From positions 61,368-125,367 of the forward strand of contig JALRIK010000001.1 of NCBI GenBank assembly GCA_023255435.1: 64,000 nucleotides of DNA, in the 5' to 3' direction. The first letter of the stretch is position 1. Each line of letters starts with the position of its first letter. Source of the DNA: Marivivens sp. (GTDB lineage: Bacteria > Pseudomonadota > Alphaproteobacteria > Rhodobacterales > Rhodobacteraceae). The notes beneath the pieces are model-generated. The model was given only the letters and a program-made list of their open reading frames with translations, was not told the origin of the DNA and did not search any database. Of this stretch, positions 60,962 through 64,000 are shown in pieces. A program made the position numbers and the translations under genes.

Positions 60962-63900
60962 TCAGGCAACCAGTGCTTCGGCCTTTTTGAGGTCGACCGA
61001 GACAAGCTGGCTGACGCCCTGTTCGCCCATCGTCACGCCGAACAGACGATCCATGCGGCTCATCGTAACTGCGTGGTGGGTGATAATAAGGAAGCGTGTT
61101 TCGGTCCGACGGGTCATCTCGTCCAAAAGATCACAAAAGCGCGTCACGTTCGCATCATCGAGGGGGGCGTCCACCTCGTCGAGAACACAGATCGGAGCAG
61201 GGTTCGCAAGGAACACCGCAAAAATCAGAGCCATCGCCGTGAGCGTTTGTTCCCCGCCCGAAAGCAGTGAAAGAGTCGCAAGCTTTTTGCCCGGGGGCTG
61301 ACACATGATTTCGAGACCTGCTTCCAGAGGATCATCACTCTCGATCAGCATCAGTTTGGCTTCGCCCCCTCCAAAGAGGTGGGTGAAGAGGTTCGAGAAG
61401 TTCACATTCACTTCGTCAAACGCGGTCAAAAGACGTTCGCGCCCTTCGCGGTTGAGCGACGAAATACCGGAACGAAGCGCCTTGATTGCGTCTTCGAGAT
61501 CCTGTTTCTCGGACAAAAGGGTATCGTGCTCTTCCTGAACCTCTTTTGCGTCCTCTTCGGCGCGCAGGTTGACGGCCCCAAGTGCGTCGCGTTGCCGTTT
61601 GAGCGAGTTGACCTGATTTTCGATGGCCTCCGAGGGGGGCATCTTGTCCACCTCGGTGCCAAGCGAGGCAAGCAGTTCTTCGGGGGCCATGTCTTGTGCT
61701 TCGCGAATGCGCTCGGCGGCATTGGCCACACTGCTCCGAGCGGCCTCGTTGCGGGCTTCGGAACGGGCACGGGCCTCACGGGCTTCCGAAGCGCTGCGTT
61801 CCGCTTCGCGCTCTGCGATTGCGGCGTCACGGAGCGCGTTTTCCCCTTCGGCAAGGGTATCGGACGCGCGCTTACGGCGCTCTTCTGCGACCTCGATCGA
61901 CTCCATCAGCTCTTCGCGTTTTTCCGCGATTTCAGAAGGCACCTCGCGGGCAATCTCGAGCTCTTCGAGTGTGCTTTCGCGGCGTTCAAGAAGCTCTTCG
62001 CTCCGTTTTGTCGCGGTGTCGAGACGATGGCGCCAACCGCTGATTTCCTTGGTGATTTCTTGCGAGCGCTTGACGCGGGCGTCTCCTTCACGGCGAAGCT
62101 CATCTGCCAAGCTTCGTTTGGTCATCATCGTCATGCGCGCGGCCTCAACCGCCATTTTGATATCCTCGACCGAAGCACGCGAGTCCCCCAGATCAGGGAG
62201 CTCTTCAAAGCTCCGCTCCGCTTCGATCAAAGCGCGGCGAGCCGTGTTGGCGTCTTCTTCGTGGCGGCGAAGCGCCAAACGTGCATTCTCGAGTTTGCCC
62301 TCGGCAAGATTGCGTTCTGCCTCGGCGCGTGACGCAGCTCGGTTCGCTTCGGCGACCATTTGGTCGGCTTGGCGACGCGCATTGCGGGCCATTTTGTCGG
62401 CTTCGGTCAGATCGGCAAGGCGGCGGCTCAGGGCTTCATGCGCTTGTGCCGCGCCCTCGGCCTTTGCATTGAGCTCTTCGAGGTCGCGCTTGAGTTCAAC
62501 GAGACGGTTGAGTTGCTGCAAACGGAGCGCGGCGGCAGAAGGGGCGTCTTCGGCGCTTGCGCGGAAGCCGTCCCAACGCCAGAGATCACCCTCGAGGCTG
62601 ACGAGGCGCTGACCGGGTTTGAGGGCGTGTTGGAGCGCGGGCGCGGCCTCTACATCCACAAGACCGATTTGGCTCATGCGGCGGACCAATACGTCGGGAA
62701 CATTGACCACATCGGTGAGTGCTTTGATCCCCTCAGGCAGCGCCTGAGGCTCATCGTAAGCAGGAAGAGCGGCCCAGCCCGAAAGACCGTCGTCATCGAT
62801 CACCGGCGCCCGAAGATCATCGGCCAGAGCCGCGCCAAGCGCCTTTTCGTAACCGCTTTTGACGGTCAGAAGGTCCATCAACTGGCCGCCTTCACGGGTG
62901 TCGCGCTCGACCAACTTGGCCAGAGCGGTGACCTCGGCCCGAAGTGCATTCGCCTCGCCTTCGGCAGAGGAACGCAGTGCACGGGCATCGACTTCGCGGG
63001 CCTGCGTATCAGCGCGGGCGGTTTCTGCTTCGATCAGCGTCGCTTCGGCATTTTCAGCCGTCGCGATTGCGATCGCTTCGGCATCTTGCGCCGCTTCGAG
63101 ATCGCTTTCTGCCTTTTCGAGAGCAACGGTCGCTTCGGACATCTGGGTCTTGGCGCGTTCTGCACTTTCTTCGGCTGTGGCGAGTGTCTTGCGGCTATCG
63201 TCGAGAAGCCGCTGAACTGATTGGTGACGGGCAGCAAGACGTGCCACGTCTTCGGTCATCTGGCTCAGATCGTTTTCGCGTTCCTGCAAAACCGCAGCCG
63301 CATCGCGGGCGATCTCTTGGGCTTCGGCAAGACGGTCGGGATGTCCCGCGCTCGCCTTGGCGATTTCGCGCGCTTCCCATTCAAGCCGTTCGATTGTCTC
63401 GCCCGCGTCTTTGTTCAGGCCCGCTTCGCGTTCTATGTCCCGCGTGAGCTGATCGACGCGGTTCCGCAGCGTTTCGATTTTTTCGAGGGCGCGGATTTCC
63501 TGATCTTTGAGCGCATCGCGCTCTACCACGAGTCTTTGGAGAACCGCCGCAGCAATTGCTTCTTCTTCGCGCAGCGGCGGAATGGCCTCTTCGCGTTCGG
63601 TGCGGGCTTTGGTTGCGGCGCGGGCTTCTGCTTCGGCGCGCGACGCGGCAACAGTGCGCTCGCGCAGTTCGGTAACTGCGGCGAGTCTGCTTTCTTCGGC
63701 CTCGCGCCAGCGCCGATAGAGAAGCATACCCTCGGCAAGCCGAAGGTTCTCACCGATCTCGCGATATCGGGCCGCTTGCCGCGCCTGACGCGCAAGTTGG
63801 CCAAGCTGGTTGGCAAGCTGTTCGATGACGTCATCGACGCGAGCAAGGTTCTGTTCAGCGCCCTTGAGCTTGAGTTCGGCCTCGTGCCTGCGCTGATAGA

Positions 63901-64000
63901 GTCCCGAAATGCCCGCGGCCTCTTCGAGAATGCGGCGGCGCGATTTGGGTTTGGAATTGATCAATTCCGAAATCTGGCCCTGACGGACAAGAGCGGGAGA
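60962..64000 (-). CDS. smc: Chromosome segregation protein SMC (5' end beyond window)
   Basis: VRQGQISELIN, EEAAGISG, long coiled coil with hinge, LSGGE signature, LDEVDAPLD, ITH. Confidence 0.97.
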   Translation of the reverse strand, partial: SPALVRQGQISELINSKPKSRRRILEEAAGISGLYQRRHEAELKLKGAEQNLARVDDVIEQLANQLGQLARQARQAARYREIGENLRLAEGMLLYRRWREAEESRLAAVTELRERTVAASRAEAEARAATKARTEREEAIPPLREEEAIAAAVLQRLVVERDALKDQEIRALEKIETLRNRVDQLTRDIEREAGLNKDAGETIERLEWEAREIAKASAGHPDRLAEAQEIARDAAAVLQERENDLSQMTEDVARLAARHQSVQRLLDDSRKTLATAEESAERAKTQMSEATVALEKAESDLEAAQDAEAIAIATAENAEATLIEAETARADTQAREVDARALRSSAEGEANALRAEVTALAKLVERDTREGGQLMDLLTVKSGYEKALGAALADDLRAPVIDDDGLSGWAALPAYDEPQALPEGIKALTDVVNVPDVLVRRMSQIGLVDVEAAPALQHALKPGQRLVSLEGDLWRWDGFRASAEDAPSAAALRLQQLNRLVELKRDLEELNAKAEGAAQAHEALSRRLADLTEADKMARNARRQADQMVAEANRAASRAEAERNLAEGKLENARLALRRHEEDANTARRALIEAERSFEELPDLGDSRASVEDIKMAVEAARMTMMTKRSLADELRREGDARVKRSQEITKEISGWRHRLDTATKRSEELLERRESTLEELEIAREVPSEIAEKREELMESIEVAEERRKRASDTLAEGENALRDAAIAEREAERSASEAREARARSEARNEAARSSVANAAERIREAQDMAPEELLASLGTEVDKMPPSEAIENQVNSLKRQRDALGAVNLRAEEDAKEVQEEHDTLLSEKQDLEDAIKALRSGISSLNREGRERLLTAFDEVNVNFSNLFTHLFGGGEAKLMLIESDDPLEAGLEIMCQPPGKKLATLSLLSGGEQTLTAMALIFAVFLANPAPICVLDEVDAPLDDANVTRFCDLLDEMTRRTETRFLIITHHAVTMSRMDRLFGVTMGEQGVSQLVSVDLKKAEALVA

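Overview
A gene-dense core chromosomal segment of an alphaproteobacterium. Gene content and order point to Rhodobacterales (Roseobacter/Rhodobacter-like). It contains the microaerobic respiration block (hemN, fnrL, usp, ccoNOQP, ccoGHIS, two clear FNR boxes), tRNA-Pro(CGG), a leuC-leuD-[2 unknown genes]-leuB cluster, rsfS-rlmH-zapE, accD-folC, fadH, sfsA-map, rsmD, a RidA/GDPD/GNAT/PCD/MscS run, a type I secretion ABC+MFP pair, a class A PBP, glnK-amtB, sseA-tyrB, smpB, dapA, a lytic transglycosylase, split mnmC halves and most of smc. I saw no integrase, transposase, prophage, CRISPR array or defence system. The best candidate for something undescribed is a 28-aa, apparently leaderless uORF in front of leuC (below the ORF-track cutoff). 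Its last codons are complementary to the leuC Shine-Dalgarno, which suggests a ribosome-dependent translational attenuator. Other leads are a four-hairpin element between ccoP and ccoG, a uORF coupled to rsfS, an exported rhodanese-LysM pair and an EEP-family protein with degenerate catalytic motifs. All product calls come from motif recognition by eye; no database search or folding computation was run.
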